A stretch of DNA of 63,997 nucleotides, filler included. It is 5 parts of 5 records of this genome, joined end to end, with 100 filler letters (N's around TTAATTAATTAA, not from the genome) between each part and the next. Parts side by side here need not be neighbours in the genome. Positions count along the whole stretch, not along the records: positions 43,380 to 58,097 come from SRR31156797_8339; positions 58,198 to 63,997 come from SRR31156797_8409; 3 more parts are not named here. One strand, 5' to 3'. Both the position numbers and the translations under genes were made by a program. Positions within the stretch are counted from its first letter, which is position 1; every line of letters starts with the position of its first letter. A model generated the notes under the pieces. It was not told the origin of the DNA, made no database searches, and saw only the letters and a list, made by a program, of their open reading frames with translations. This document shows, piece after piece, positions 48,433-58,659 of this stretch.

Positions 48433-48763
48433 GCCATTTGATATTGTTGTTGTGCCTTTTCCTTTTACAGACTCTGCCCGTTCCAAAAGGCGGCCCGCTC
48501 TTGTTCTTTCAGACAATATGAATTTCGGCGACGAAATTGAACACTCTATCTTAGCAATGATAACGAGTCAAAAAAACTCGCCTTGGCCTTTGGACAGCGA
48601 GATCAAAAACAAGAAGGTATCCGGTTTAACCGCCCCCTCCATCGTGAGAATGAAACTATTCACACTTGATAATAGATTTATACTCAGAAAGATCGGCCAT
48701 CTTTCAAAAACGGACAAAAAACAGGTCGAAGAAAACCTCTCAAAGATATTTCCCTACCTATAG
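48422..48763 (+). CDS. PemK/MazF-family toxin
   Basis: DIVVVPFPFTD..KRRPALVLS..AMITS; overlaps the antitoxin stop. Confidence 0.9.
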   Translation: MIYKPFDIVVVPFPFTDSARSKRRPALVLSDNMNFGDEIEHSILAMITSQKNSPWPLDSEIKNKKVSGLTAPSIVRMKLFTLDNRFILRKIGHLSKTDKKQVEENLSKIFPYL

Positions 48764-48816
48764 TTTTCCAATCCAACAAGTTACAATGAGGGTCCGGATA
48801 TCATCACTATCCCGTT

Positions 48817-48838
48817 GTGCGGATAAATCCGCACCTAC
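48817..48838 (-). repeat. GTAG-type REP palindrome
   Basis: Minus strand GTAG-GTGCGGAT-TT-ATCCGCAC. Confidence 0.6.
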
Positions 48839-48938
48839 AACTGCGCCAAACGTCGCGATCCATGAAAAACCGGCCAAAATGATAATCAAAGACCGAATTC
48901 TTTAAAAGCTCTCTTCTTCATACCAGCCGCAAAAACGC

Positions 48939-51900
48939 CTAACCGCCCAATTTCTTCCAAACCCGCAACATCTCACTTACCCCCCATGCCTGGGCGTCGC
49001 AACCCCGTTGGGTGTGGGGGAAATCCCCGTCCAGAATTTCAGGCACCTGGCCCAGACAGCCTTTATTCATCAGTATAACGCCGGAGGAAAGCCACGACAG
49101 GGCTGTTTTTCGGGATGCGTCGCCATATGTTTGAGCCCATGCCTCGCAATAGGAGGGAAAGGGCCACGTCCAGGCCGTGCCATTATGGTAGGCCGGTTTT
49201 CGACGGGTGTCTTCATCGCCCATATAATGTCCCCAATAGGGCTTTTGAGGATCGTTTAAAACGCTGCCATTATGGACAATTGAAATGGGCATTTTTACCG
49301 GTCGATCCGCAAGGCTCCTGATGGCGCCTGGAACCAGGAGTTCGTTGCAGGCCTCCAGAATATGACGGCACATGCACGGATCTTGAACCGCTCCCAAGGT
49401 GATGGCCAACAGTTGGTTGGGCCTCAAGGCGTCATCCGGGCTTGCCTCTTTTGCGGGCTGGCCGGGCTTTGCGTGAAGGCAGTCCGACAGGTATTTCCCG
49501 TCCAGCCAGAAGAGATCCATGATGGCGGACCGAACCTGTTCCGCCAGACCGCTCCAGTCATATTCACCCGTTTTCCCGTCCAGACGGGAGAGGAGCTTGA
49601 GGGCATGATACCAGAGGGCCTGTATCTCCACGGGATACCCCTCCCGGGGGGTGCCTGCGGGAAAATCCGTGTCCATCCATGTAAAATGCGCCGGGCTGAA
49701 AACAAGGCCCGATTCCGGATCCATTTTTACGCCGTTGTGGGTCCCGTTTATCATAAAGCGACCCATTGAATGGAGCACCCCGTTAAGGGTACGGCTTCCC
49801 GCCTTCTCCGCCAGAAAAGAGAGATCCCCTTCCTTGTTGATGAGATCGCCGCATGCCGCAAAAAACCACAGGGCCGCATCGGAGGTATCCCTGTTTCCCG
49901 CATCCTCTCCATGAATCATATTGGGGAGGGTACCATTTTGCTCAAATCGCCCAAACTGCTTCAGAACCGCTTTCGCATCCGCCATTTTACCCGCGGCAAT
50001 GAGGCCTCTCACAACGATGAGGGAATCCCGGCCCCAGTCCAGAAACCATGGGTATCCGGCGATAACCGTTTTTAGCTCCCCCCGCTTGACCACGAAGTGA
50101 TCGAGAGCGTCATCAAGGGCCGGACCAAGCGATACAGGTTTTTCCTGGGGGAAAAAGGGTTTAGCATCGCCTAAAGGGTCCGCCCCATGGAAAGGATGCT
50201 CGCCCGCCCCGGAAACACCGGCCGTCAATTCAAAAGATTCTCCCCCTTCCAGGAATACGGAAAAATAGCCAGGGCTGAACAGGTCCGAATCCGCATCAAA
50301 CCCCCGTTCACCGTCCTTAAAATGGTGAACCATGTACCGCCATTCGGGCGCCGGCCTAAAATCACCCCTGGATCCGCAGATCCAAAGGCTATGCCGTGGC
50401 CCCTGGGGTGAAAAGAAAAAGCCCGGTTTTTCCCACATGGGGGTTACCGCTTCGGGGAAACGGGTCTCCGCTCCCAGATACGCCTTGGTGGAGCCATGAA
50501 AACTTCGCCACTCAACATCGGGCCGCAAAATAATCTCAACCGGTTTGGAATCTTTGAGCCGCCCTTCAACCCTCCGGGCGGGCTCCCGGTAAAAAACCAT
50601 CCGGACCCGGTTTTCCCCGGACACCATCTCCAGACATACCTTGAGATACACATGTTCACCCTGACCGGTGGGGGTTCGAAAAGACCAGCATCCTCTCGAA
50701 TCAACATCATAATCAAAGGCATCGAAGCAATGACCATCCATCTCTCGGGAATATCCCTGGAATCTGACCCATCCCCGGCACCGTGTGAAGAGTATCAACC
50801 GGTCTTCTGGGCAAAGGGGATCCATGTTTGCGGCCAGCAGCGCATCATAGCGGCTGGGAAGTTCTCCCCACCGGACGGGCGCCCGCATCATGGCACCCCG
50901 GTGGTTCGTACCCAGCAGCAGAAGGGGTCCTGAACGCCGATGCAATCGGCCCAGATGCCTTTTCACAACACTCTTTTGAGGCTCACATAGATACAAAAGC
51001 GGTGCTTCCACATGTTTTGTGCGGCCTCTCCCAAAAACAGATAGCTCGATGGTGCGGGGGGTGTGCGTTTCAGGTGTGGCCTGGGGCGTGAACAGGATAT
51101 GGTACTTCCCGTCATCCAGGTGAAGAGACGCCTCCGAAGCAAGCACCGGAGAATTCTTTTCATCCCTGAGGCTTGCGCGAAAAGACGCATCAGCGGTGAC
51201 CAACAAGAAATGCCCCGGTGGCACCATCACCTGGCGCCTTACATCTTTCGGCCATCGCCATTGGACAACCCGGGACTCGCCGCCGTCCGGATTCATTTCA
51301 GCACAAAACGCCACCGCGTCCTTTGATAACCGGGAGGCCATCTCATCCGGGTCAGCGGATCCAAGGTCTCCGGTACCATGATAATAGCGCCGGACGTCAA
51401 GGGCCTTGGCGCGTAATTGCTGGTGCCTGATACGTTCAGGGAATCTGGTAATCTTGTCCGGTGGTGGGTCAAGCAATGCCCCATCACGGGGATCGGCCGT
51501 CAGGCAGAGGATCCGGCCCGGTGAAAGCAAAACCCGGCAACGCCCTTCCGCACGGTCAAGGGCCACCTTTTCACCGCCCAGTAAATCCGTTAACGCATCC
51601 CCCTCCCAATGGGGTCCCGCCGTGTCATCCCAGCACGCAAGCGCTTCTTTATCATCGTCCAGGTTTGCCGCCACCAGAAGCCATTTTCCGGTTGGGTCAT
51701 GGTGTCGCAGCATGACAACATAATTTCCCGTACCGCACTGTATCATTTCCAACCGCACCCGGTCATGAAATGCCGGATGATATCTAAGAATCCCATTGAT
51801 TCGCCGTATATTCTCTACCTGGTTGCCTTCCGCTCCCCAATTCAGTGAAGGAGCCCCATGGACGTTGATCTTTTCCGTGGCATACCACTCCACCCCATTG

Positions 51901-53243
51901 GCAAAACCGAATGCGCCGTTGGACGAAAAAAGGGCGCAAAGGGCCGTTCGCATGCGGGCCCAGACTTTGGATTTTCCCGCCAGGCGCAGGTTATCGTGGG
52001 TTTCAGCAAAATGAACCGTCAATCCGTCGGTCCGTGAAATTTCCATGGCTTCAGGAAGATACCTTTCGATTTGCTCCCGGGTATAGTTTTGAAACAATTC
52101 GGAATAGGCCCAGTTAAAATTACCTTTGTTCAAAAGGTTTCGGGTCACGGATATCTTTCCGCCAAGACCTTCGTTCAAAAAGACGGTATCCGGGTACTCT
52201 TCCCTGACGGCCGCGATGATGTACTGCCAAGCGCGTACCGGTATCATATAGCCGGCGTCACAACGAAACCCGTCCACCCCCCGTTGACACCAGGTGAGAA
52301 AAACCTCCGCCATGTATTGCCAGAGATCTGTTTGGGTATAATCAAGCTTGGTGAGATCTTCCCATTTGACGCCCCAGGCGCCGGGCACCTGTATGGTACC
52401 CTCCTGATCGCGAACCAGCCAAGACGGGTGCTTCTCATGAAGCCTTGCCGCCCATCCCGTATGGTTTATGGCAATGTCGATCAATATCTTTGCATTCCGC
52501 TCATGGACGGCATCCACCAGTTCAATGAACTGCTCCAGAGGCGTGGCTTTGGGATCGAACTCCGCCAGCGCCGGGTCAACGGATAAAAAGCCGAGCGCGG
52601 CATAGGGACTGCCGAACTGACCCATGCGCCCGTAGGTGGTGGGGGTGGGATGGACCGGCAGCAGCTGAATGATGCGGCATCCCAGCTCAAAAATAATAAA
52701 ATCGAGTTTTTCGATGAGATCCCTGAAAGTGCCCGAGGGCGGAATTACCGTATAACCGGCCTGGTCCAACGCATTTATTCCGTCCGCCATGGCAGGGGTG
52801 GGTCTTGCGTTACCAACAATATTGGGACCGAATTGCCTTACAAAAGCATTGTAGATAATATTCGCGCAGCACGTATCCTCCGGTTCCACATTGACAACGA
52901 CGTTTTGACCTTCAGGCCAGATGGGGGTCGTCTCATCTTCTTTCAGAAAATAGCATTTGGTTTCAAAATGCCCCACCTCGCAAAGGGGAAGATGAATCCG
53001 AAACCGTCTCGCTGAAACCCTTTTCATGGGAATGTCAAACCAGTCCCTCTGCAGTCGGGGTTCGCCATGGCGCACTTCATCAATGATCTCATGCCGGGTG
53101 ACCGCCGCATGGCCCAGATTGGTGCGAATCCAAGCTTTGCCTTTTAAATCTTTTGTCAAAGAAAGGCTGAAAACCAGCGAATCTCCTTTGAACCGCAGCT
53201 GATATGTCCCGGGCGCCGGTTCCTGGATCAGTTTTTCACTCAT
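48939..53243 (-). CDS. Glycogen debranching enzyme: GH13 domain fused to amylo-alpha-1,6-glucosidase (GH133-like)
   Basis: GH13 motifs DIAINHT, GFRCDAG, FLNEG, ETHDN; C-terminal IAGYPWFLDWGRD, TWMDT, RPNQL, YHNGTAW, AQAWGVSE. Confidence 0.88.
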   Translation of the reverse strand: MSEKLIQEPAPGTYQLRFKGDSLVFSLSLTKDLKGKAWIRTNLGHAAVTRHEIIDEVRHGEPRLQRDWFDIPMKRVSARRFRIHLPLCEVGHFETKCYFLKEDETTPIWPEGQNVVVNVEPEDTCCANIIYNAFVRQFGPNIVGNARPTPAMADGINALDQAGYTVIPPSGTFRDLIEKLDFIIFELGCRIIQLLPVHPTPTTYGRMGQFGSPYAALGFLSVDPALAEFDPKATPLEQFIELVDAVHERNAKILIDIAINHTGWAARLHEKHPSWLVRDQEGTIQVPGAWGVKWEDLTKLDYTQTDLWQYMAEVFLTWCQRGVDGFRCDAGYMIPVRAWQYIIAAVREEYPDTVFLNEGLGGKISVTRNLLNKGNFNWAYSELFQNYTREQIERYLPEAMEISRTDGLTVHFAETHDNLRLAGKSKVWARMRTALCALFSSNGAFGFANGVEWYATEKINVHGAPSLNWGAEGNQVENIRRINGILRYHPAFHDRVRLEMIQCGTGNYVVMLRHHDPTGKWLLVAANLDDDKEALACWDDTAGPHWEGDALTDLLGGEKVALDRAEGRCRVLLSPGRILCLTADPRDGALLDPPPDKITRFPERIRHQQLRAKALDVRRYYHGTGDLGSADPDEMASRLSKDAVAFCAEMNPDGGESRVVQWRWPKDVRRQVMVPPGHFLLVTADASFRASLRDEKNSPVLASEASLHLDDGKYHILFTPQATPETHTPRTIELSVFGRGRTKHVEAPLLYLCEPQKSVVKRHLGRLHRRSGPLLLLGTNHRGAMMRAPVRWGELPSRYDALLAANMDPLCPEDRLILFTRCRGWVRFQGYSREMDGHCFDAFDYDVDSRGCWSFRTPTGQGEHVYLKVCLEMVSGENRVRMVFYREPARRVEGRLKDSKPVEIILRPDVEWRSFHGSTKAYLGAETRFPEAVTPMWEKPGFFFSPQGPRHSLWICGSRGDFRPAPEWRYMVHHFKDGERGFDADSDLFSPGYFSVFLEGGESFELTAGVSGAGEHPFHGADPLGDAKPFFPQEKPVSLGPALDDALDHFVVKRGELKTVIAGYPWFLDWGRDSLIVVRGLIAAGKMADAKAVLKQFGRFEQNGTLPNMIHGEDAGNRDTSDAALWFFAACGDLINKEGDLSFLAEKAGSRTLNGVLHSMGRFMINGTHNGVKMDPESGLVFSPAHFTWMDTDFPAGTPREGYPVEIQALWYHALKLLSRLDGKTGEYDWSGLAEQVRSAIMDLFWLDGKYLSDCLHAKPGQPAKEASPDDALRPNQLLAITLGAVQDPCMCRHILEACNELLVPGAIRSLADRPVKMPISIVHNGSVLNDPQKPYWGHYMGDEDTRRKPAYHNGTAWTWPFPSYCEAWAQTYGDASRKTALSWLSSGVILMNKGCLGQVPEILDGDFPHTQRGCDAQAWGVSEMLRVWKKLGG

Positions 53244-53413
53244 GGATTATTTTCCATATTATCCTGGGTTACTGTTTTCCCCATCAGAAAAAACACTGCT
53301 GCAAAATCGCTATGGTGTCAAGGAAAAAAGGGGTTTTCAACTTGAAGTGGGTTATGGGTGGACTTTGTCTTCTCCCCCGCAAAAGCGTGGGAAAAGACGT
53401 TAATATTATTATT

Positions 53414-54298
53414 CTATTCGGCGAGAACCGCCTTTAAAACATCGCTGTAGGCAATATTGATCTCCAGGTCCTGTCGGTTCGCGAGCCCTTCCAGATCCCC
53501 CGTGTCCCCGGCAGCCACCATCTTTGCATCCGCGGGAATGCGCCCGAGGAATGAGACATCCATTTCCCGGGCCATTTTCTCTCCACCGCCCTGCCCGAAC
53601 AGGGGTACCTGCTGACCACAGTGCGGACAAAGCTGTCCGCTCATGTTTTCCACCACCCCCAATATCTTCATGTTGACCTGTCGACAAAAATTTATGGACT
53701 TTCTCACATCCGCCAGGCTGACCTCCTGGGGCGTGGTGACGATGAGGGCTTCCGCATCGGGTATGGTCTGGGCCACCGTGAGGGGCTCATCCCCGGTTCC
53801 CGGAGGGGAATCCACCAGCAGAAAATCCAGGTCACCCCATTCAATATCGGAAACAAACTGCCTGATGGCACTGATTTTCATGGGGCCCCGCCAGATGACG
53901 GCCATGTCCTTTTCCCCAAGCATCATATCCATGCTCACGATGCTTAAATGGTCCGAAAAAGCATACGGCCCCACAATCCCTTCCCGGCCCATATCGAAAC
54001 CGCCCTGAACCTTCATGAGCTTCGCAATGCTGGGACCGTGGAGATCCACATCCAGCAATCCCACCCTCTGCCCCTTTTTGCTGAGTAAAAGGGCCAGATA
54101 GCCGGCCACCGTGCTCTTGCCGACCCCGCCCTTTCCGCTCATGACCAAAATTTTACGACCCACCCGGGTCAGGCGATCGGCAATGAGTTTATCCTGTTCA
54201 TTCCGCTCAAAATCTCCGGGCGTCATATTTTCTTGTATGGTTTCCAAATCAATTTTCCTTTTAATCGCCTGCCAAAAAAAAAGAGACCCCCCCCACAA
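53414..54298 (-). CDS. mrp: Mrp/NBP35 (ApbC) Fe-S carrier ATPase
   Basis: SGKGGVGKST, DVDLHGPS, WRGP, DSPPGTGDE, ENMS..CPHC; true start may be downstream. Confidence 0.9.
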   Translation of the reverse strand: MWGGSLFFWQAIKRKIDLETIQENMTPGDFERNEQDKLIADRLTRVGRKILVMSGKGGVGKSTVAGYLALLLSKKGQRVGLLDVDLHGPSIAKLMKVQGGFDMGREGIVGPYAFSDHLSIVSMDMMLGEKDMAVIWRGPMKISAIRQFVSDIEWGDLDFLLVDSPPGTGDEPLTVAQTIPDAEALIVTTPQEVSLADVRKSINFCRQVNMKILGVVENMSGQLCPHCGQQVPLFGQGGGEKMAREMDVSFLGRIPADAKMVAAGDTGDLEGLANRQDLEINIAYSDVLKAVLAE

Positions 54299-54338
54299 TG
54301 AGTGGAAGCGTCTCTTTTAAGGTTTCAATCGGAACTTT

Positions 54339-55229
54339 TTACAGTTCAAGCCACGAATCGGAATAGAGGGACTGGCCCAGAATCACCCTGGCCGTTTTGA
54401 CATAGTCCTGCAATTCTTTTGACAATTCACCCATATCAATGGCTTCTTCATCCATCACCTTATGAATGACTTCCACCACATCCGGTCTTTTTCCCCGGGC
54501 AATGGCGGTCAACTGATCATCATAGGCATCGGAAATCACGGAATACATCCCTTTCCGCTCCAGCATCACCATATAGGTCTGATTAAGGATGGGACGCAGG
54601 TGGTCCGGAGGCCCGTTGGAGATATTGGAAAGGCCGCAGGTGGATTTCACGCCGGGAAACATCTCCCCCACCATCTCCTGATACGCCATGAGGCTCATGA
54701 GCTGGGGTTGCTGAATATTGACGGGGGTCACAATACCGTCCACAAAGATGTCTTCATTGGGAACGCCCGCTTCATTGGCCGCATACAGCAGTTCCGCTGA
54801 CAGGGCCATGCGCTCGTTTTCATCCCTGGGAAGACCGTCCGGCCCCCACATGAGGGCGATCATGTTGGCTTTGTATTTCACCGCCAAAGGAATCATTTTT
54901 TCATAGCGCTCAGGCCTGCACATGATGGAATTGATAATGGCCTTCCCCTTACACGCTGCCAGTCCCGCCTCCATGGCTTCGATATTGGATGTATCGAGAC
55001 AAAGGGGGGTCTCATCTCCGATGGCATCCTGGACCGTCTTGACCACAAATTCCATCAGCTCCGGACCACCTTTTCTGGCGGGTCCCAGATTGATGTCAAT
55101 CCAGTCCATCGCCTTTTCCTTCTGGCGTTTGGCTTCCTCCGCAATGGGACCCGGATCCTTTTCCTTAAACGCCCTGCCAATAACCGTGTTGATTACATTT
55201 AGATTTTCACCAATCAAGAACATGGGCAC
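54339..55229 (-). CDS. acsE: Methyltetrahydrofolate:corrinoid Fe-S protein methyltransferase
   Basis: IGENLN, IDINLGP, CLDTSN, IINSI, CGLSNISNG; follows acsC. Confidence 0.88.
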   Translation of the reverse strand: MPMFLIGENLNVINTVIGRAFKEKDPGPIAEEAKRQKEKAMDWIDINLGPARKGGPELMEFVVKTVQDAIGDETPLCLDTSNIEAMEAGLAACKGKAIINSIMCRPERYEKMIPLAVKYKANMIALMWGPDGLPRDENERMALSAELLYAANEAGVPNEDIFVDGIVTPVNIQQPQLMSLMAYQEMVGEMFPGVKSTCGLSNISNGPPDHLRPILNQTYMVMLERKGMYSVISDAYDDQLTAIARGKRPDVVEVIHKVMDEEAIDMGELSKELQDYVKTARVILGQSLYSDSWLEL

Positions 55230-55325
55230 TCTCCCTTTTTTCTAAATGGTAAGTACAATGAGTTTGTCGTGTCCCCGGCGCCTACCGGACCAGGCCACAA
55301 CAAACTCCAAAACGCGCTTTCCCTA

Positions 55326-56669
55326 TTACTGCATGTCCTTCAAATACTTGGGCAGGAGAGAGGCATCTCTCGGTCCGATCATAACATCCCAATCGGGAAG
55401 GTCCTCTTCCATTTCTCCGCTGATGGCCGCCGCGTAGCCCGGAATAATGATTTTCTTATGGGCAATTTTATCGGCTATGCCGCACTTCTTAATAAACATG
55501 GCCACAGCGTCACCCGCGAATTTACCCGCCGCCCAGGCGGTCATCACGGAGAGACCTTCCGTATCCATAATGAGGAGCCAACTGGGTACCCGGCTTCCCT
55601 CGATCTCACCGCTGACAATAAAGTATGTGAGAGAAAAATTGGTGGTTATCATTACCGGTGAGTTTTCATCGGGTGAACCGATCTCATAAATCCCTTCCGT
55701 CACCGTCATGGGTCGCTGGGGATCCGTAAAAATGTTAAGACGCTCCAGGAGGAGCGGAAAAAGACTTTCACCCTCAAAATCGGAAAGCACCACGATACCC
55801 GCGTATTTGGCAATCAACATGGAAGCAATAAGCGTTTCCACGGCAAGGTTATCCGCCATTTCACAGGGGAAGGTGATGGTGGGAAAACCCAAAGACTTGT
55901 TGGCGGCTTTGAGGGGCGCCCTTCGAATGACCACCTGATCCTGCAGGAGCCCTTTCATTTCCCTGGCGCCCGAGTCGAGTACCAAATCTTTCAAACCCAT
56001 GCCCGTTAATTTATCACTGAGGGCGATGAGATCATCCATTGATTCCGCTTTGACCGCCAGGGGAAGCCCGCTTTCCTTGGCCAGGTTTCCCATGTCTTCC
56101 GCATTTTCGTTGGTGGCCGCATAAATGAGCGGCTTTTTAAAGGCACAAACCTCAACGGCTGCTTTGATCACATCCGGCTTTTCACTCATGAGCACCAGGC
56201 CGAACTCCGATTCCTCGGCAATTTTTTTGGCTACTGCCGCAAAAGCGCCCGCATCACCGTTGGCATCTTTTACAGCCACCAGTTCCGGCCTCAAATTCAC
56301 CCCAACCCTCTCATACTGAAAGGCATTCCAGGTTTTCAATTTCGTGTCGATGGCATCCGCATCCAAATCGGACGTCACCTGGGCCGCCAATGCAGTGGGG
56401 TTGTAAAAAGTTTTCTCATGCCTGAACATGACTGTTTCGCCACCCACCTTGAAGGCCCTGTCGCCCGCGCCGATGGCCACGGGACGGATCGGCGGGGCCG
56501 AAGCCTCCGCTAACTGCTCCCTGGCTTCATCGGAAACATAGGGACAACTATCCAATTCCGCCTTACCGGCGGCAAGATTCATGGCAAAGGCCAAACATGT
56601 GGGAACACCACACTCACCGCAATTGGTTTTGGGCAGCAATTTAAATATCTGAATTCCAGTTAAACCCAT
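55326..56669 (-). CDS. acsC: Corrinoid Fe-S protein large (gamma) subunit
   Basis: LPKTNCGECGVPTCLAFA, GGETVMFRHEKTF, IFTDPQRP, TTNFSLTY, WAAGKF. Confidence 0.95.
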   Translation of the reverse strand: MGLTGIQIFKLLPKTNCGECGVPTCLAFAMNLAAGKAELDSCPYVSDEAREQLAEASAPPIRPVAIGAGDRAFKVGGETVMFRHEKTFYNPTALAAQVTSDLDADAIDTKLKTWNAFQYERVGVNLRPELVAVKDANGDAGAFAAVAKKIAEESEFGLVLMSEKPDVIKAAVEVCAFKKPLIYAATNENAEDMGNLAKESGLPLAVKAESMDDLIALSDKLTGMGLKDLVLDSGAREMKGLLQDQVVIRRAPLKAANKSLGFPTITFPCEMADNLAVETLIASMLIAKYAGIVVLSDFEGESLFPLLLERLNIFTDPQRPMTVTEGIYEIGSPDENSPVMITTNFSLTYFIVSGEIEGSRVPSWLLIMDTEGLSVMTAWAAGKFAGDAVAMFIKKCGIADKIAHKKIIIPGYAAAISGEMEEDLPDWDVMIGPRDASLLPKYLKDMQ

Positions 56670-56749
56670 AATAAACTCCTAACTCAGAATATATGGTAAG
56701 AGCCGAAGCATGGCCCCATGGAGCAATGCTTCGGATCATGTTGACATCC

Positions 56750-58097
56750 TTACCCCACAATCGGGTCCATCTTCAGGGCAGGATGATCCTTTTCCTTGAG
56801 GTACGCCAGAACGGATTCTTCATCCGTTCCCACGGTCTCATCGGCTATGCGATCGATGAGATCGGGCACACCCAACTCCTCTCCGCGCATCTCAAGACGT
56901 TCCCTGAGTTCTTCCTTCAGGGATTTGGGCATCCAAACCATCCGAAGTAGTCCGCCGTCTCCGGATATGAACTTACGCTGGGTCAGATTGTACTTGCCGT
57001 GACCCACGAACCCCGGTGAAGACTGACCGCCGCCCATGACACCGGCAAGGGTGGTGAACTTCATGCCGCATGGGGTCTCACCCATGTAATCGCGATGCAC
57101 CGTCATGACGCCGTTACAACCGGGCAGCACCGCCGCGATGGCTTCACAGCAACCGCAGGTGGTCATGGGATCATGAACGATGGAGTAAAAATTATAATGG
57201 TCGATGGTCTGGCGTGATGCCTTGAAAATAAAGTCGTTGACGCCCTTAAACTGGCCCAGATCCGGATCAAGAACCTCGCCCTTTTCAACGGGCTGATTGG
57301 GACCGGTGGGGTTGATTTCATATGACGCCTTGCAATCCATCCAGTTGTATGCACCGCAAAGGCCGGTCCGCTCGGGGCTCACCATACAAACATGGCTGGG
57401 CGCAAAGGACTGGCACAGGGTGCAGGAATAGAATGTTTCCACACTTTCGTCGGTCATGCTCTCAACGCGGTTGTCCCTGGTTTTGTACTCGGCCCTGGCC
57501 GTTTCCGTCAGTTTGTCCACATCTTCTTCTTTGGTGTACAGGGTTACCTGAACCTTGTCCAGAATGCTGCCGAAATCCTGATGCAATTTTGCATGCAGGA
57601 TCACGCCGATATCCTTGATGGTAAACCCTTTGTCAACCGCCTGATCACTTACCCGCACCCAGGAAATGTCCCGCTGCCCGATATGCATGATATACTGGGC
57701 ATAGTTGATGAGATGGTGAATCTGACGTTCCAGGATGGGTTCGAAATCGGGCTGCATTTCACGGCCCGCCACCTGCACGAAAATACCCAAGGGGAGTCGC
57801 TCACCTTTTTTCACATCGCCCACATCCGGGCCGACCACTTCCACCTTGCCGTCTTCGATCTCATTCATTTCGGCCATCTTGCACAGCTCGGTGCACTGGG
57901 TCTTGCCTCCGCCCATCTCCATGTAGAGATCATCCTTGCGGACACGCTCGCCCTCGAATGCCGGACCATAGGCCAGCGGAATCTTGATTTCCGAAACCGT
58001 CACTTTGAGGCCGCGAATTTCAACTGACTTCTGACAGACTTCATCGTGGGGTACATTGGCCACCACATGCTCGTAGGTACAGATACCCGTGGGCAGA
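56750..58097 (-). CDS. acsB: Acetyl-CoA synthase subunit, C-terminal part (5' cut by contig end)
   Basis: GPAFEGERVR, CTLCQSFAPSHVC, GLCGA, PMTTCGCCE A-cluster ligands. Confidence 0.95.
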
Positions 58098-58197
58098 NNN
58101 NNNNNNNNNNNNNNNNNNNNNNNNNNNNNNNNNNNNNNNNNTTAATTAATTAANNNNNNNNNNNNNNNNNNNNNNNNNNNNNNNNNNNNNNNNNNNN
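58098..58197. other. Artificial contig spacer
   Basis: N run with TTAATTAATTAA. Confidence 0.99.
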
Positions 58198-58199
58198 CA

Positions 58200-58517
58200 A
58201 ACGACTTAACACAAATGACATTTGGTTATTCTCGCGACGATGCCGGGAAATTCTTACCTATTTATATAGAAAAAGGAATCCTTAAAAACGACCCATTCCA
58301 GGTTCTTGATCAAGAAGGTGTTGGACAACTGGTTAAAATGGGAACCGAAAAAGGACGAGGTACAAAAGCCAATTTAAAAGTTGGTATTTGTGGTGAACAT
58401 GGTGGTGAACCATCTTCTGTTAAATTCTGCAACAGTGTTGGGATGAATTACGTAAGCTGTTCTCCTTACCGTGTACCGATTGCACGCGTTGCTGCAGCAC
58501 AGGCAAATATTGAATAA
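58200..58517 (+). CDS. ppdK: Pyruvate phosphate dikinase, C-terminal fragment
   Basis: [39 protein letters not shown]. Confidence 0.93.
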   Translation, partial: NDLTQMTFGYSRDDAGKFLPIYIEKGILKNDPFQVLDQEGVGQLVKMGTEKGRGTKANLKVGICGEHGGEPSSVKFCNSVGMNYVSCSPYRVPIARVAAAQANIE

Positions 58518-58535
58518 AATAAAACACTTCATTTT

Positions 58536-58567
58536 AAAACCGTTCATTTTTTATGAGCGGTTTTTTT
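58536..58567 (+). terminator. Intrinsic terminator after ppdK
   Basis: AAAACCGTTCAT..ATGAGCGGTTTT plus U-tract. Confidence 0.75.
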
Positions 58568-58584
58568 ATGCCAAAATCTAATAG

Positions 58585-58625
58585 TAGGTAATTCTACTTA
58601 AATTATAATTGCGTATAAATACTCT
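58585..58625. promoter_or_regulatory. Two tandem GTA-N4-TAC palindromes, candidate NarL/LuxR-type operator
   Basis: TAGGTA-ATTC-TACTTA (58585-58600) and TGCGTA-TAAA-TACTCT (58610-58625), 25-bp period. Confidence 0.4.
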
Positions 58626-58659
58626 TTTTTAAACCATTCAATATTTTCATTTTTGCTTC

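Noticed and set aside
53414-58097. acsB-acsC-acsE-mrp cluster with acsD/CODH not visible
   Set aside because: The contig ends inside acsB, so missing subunits are probably upstream; ordinary Wood-Ljungdahl locus
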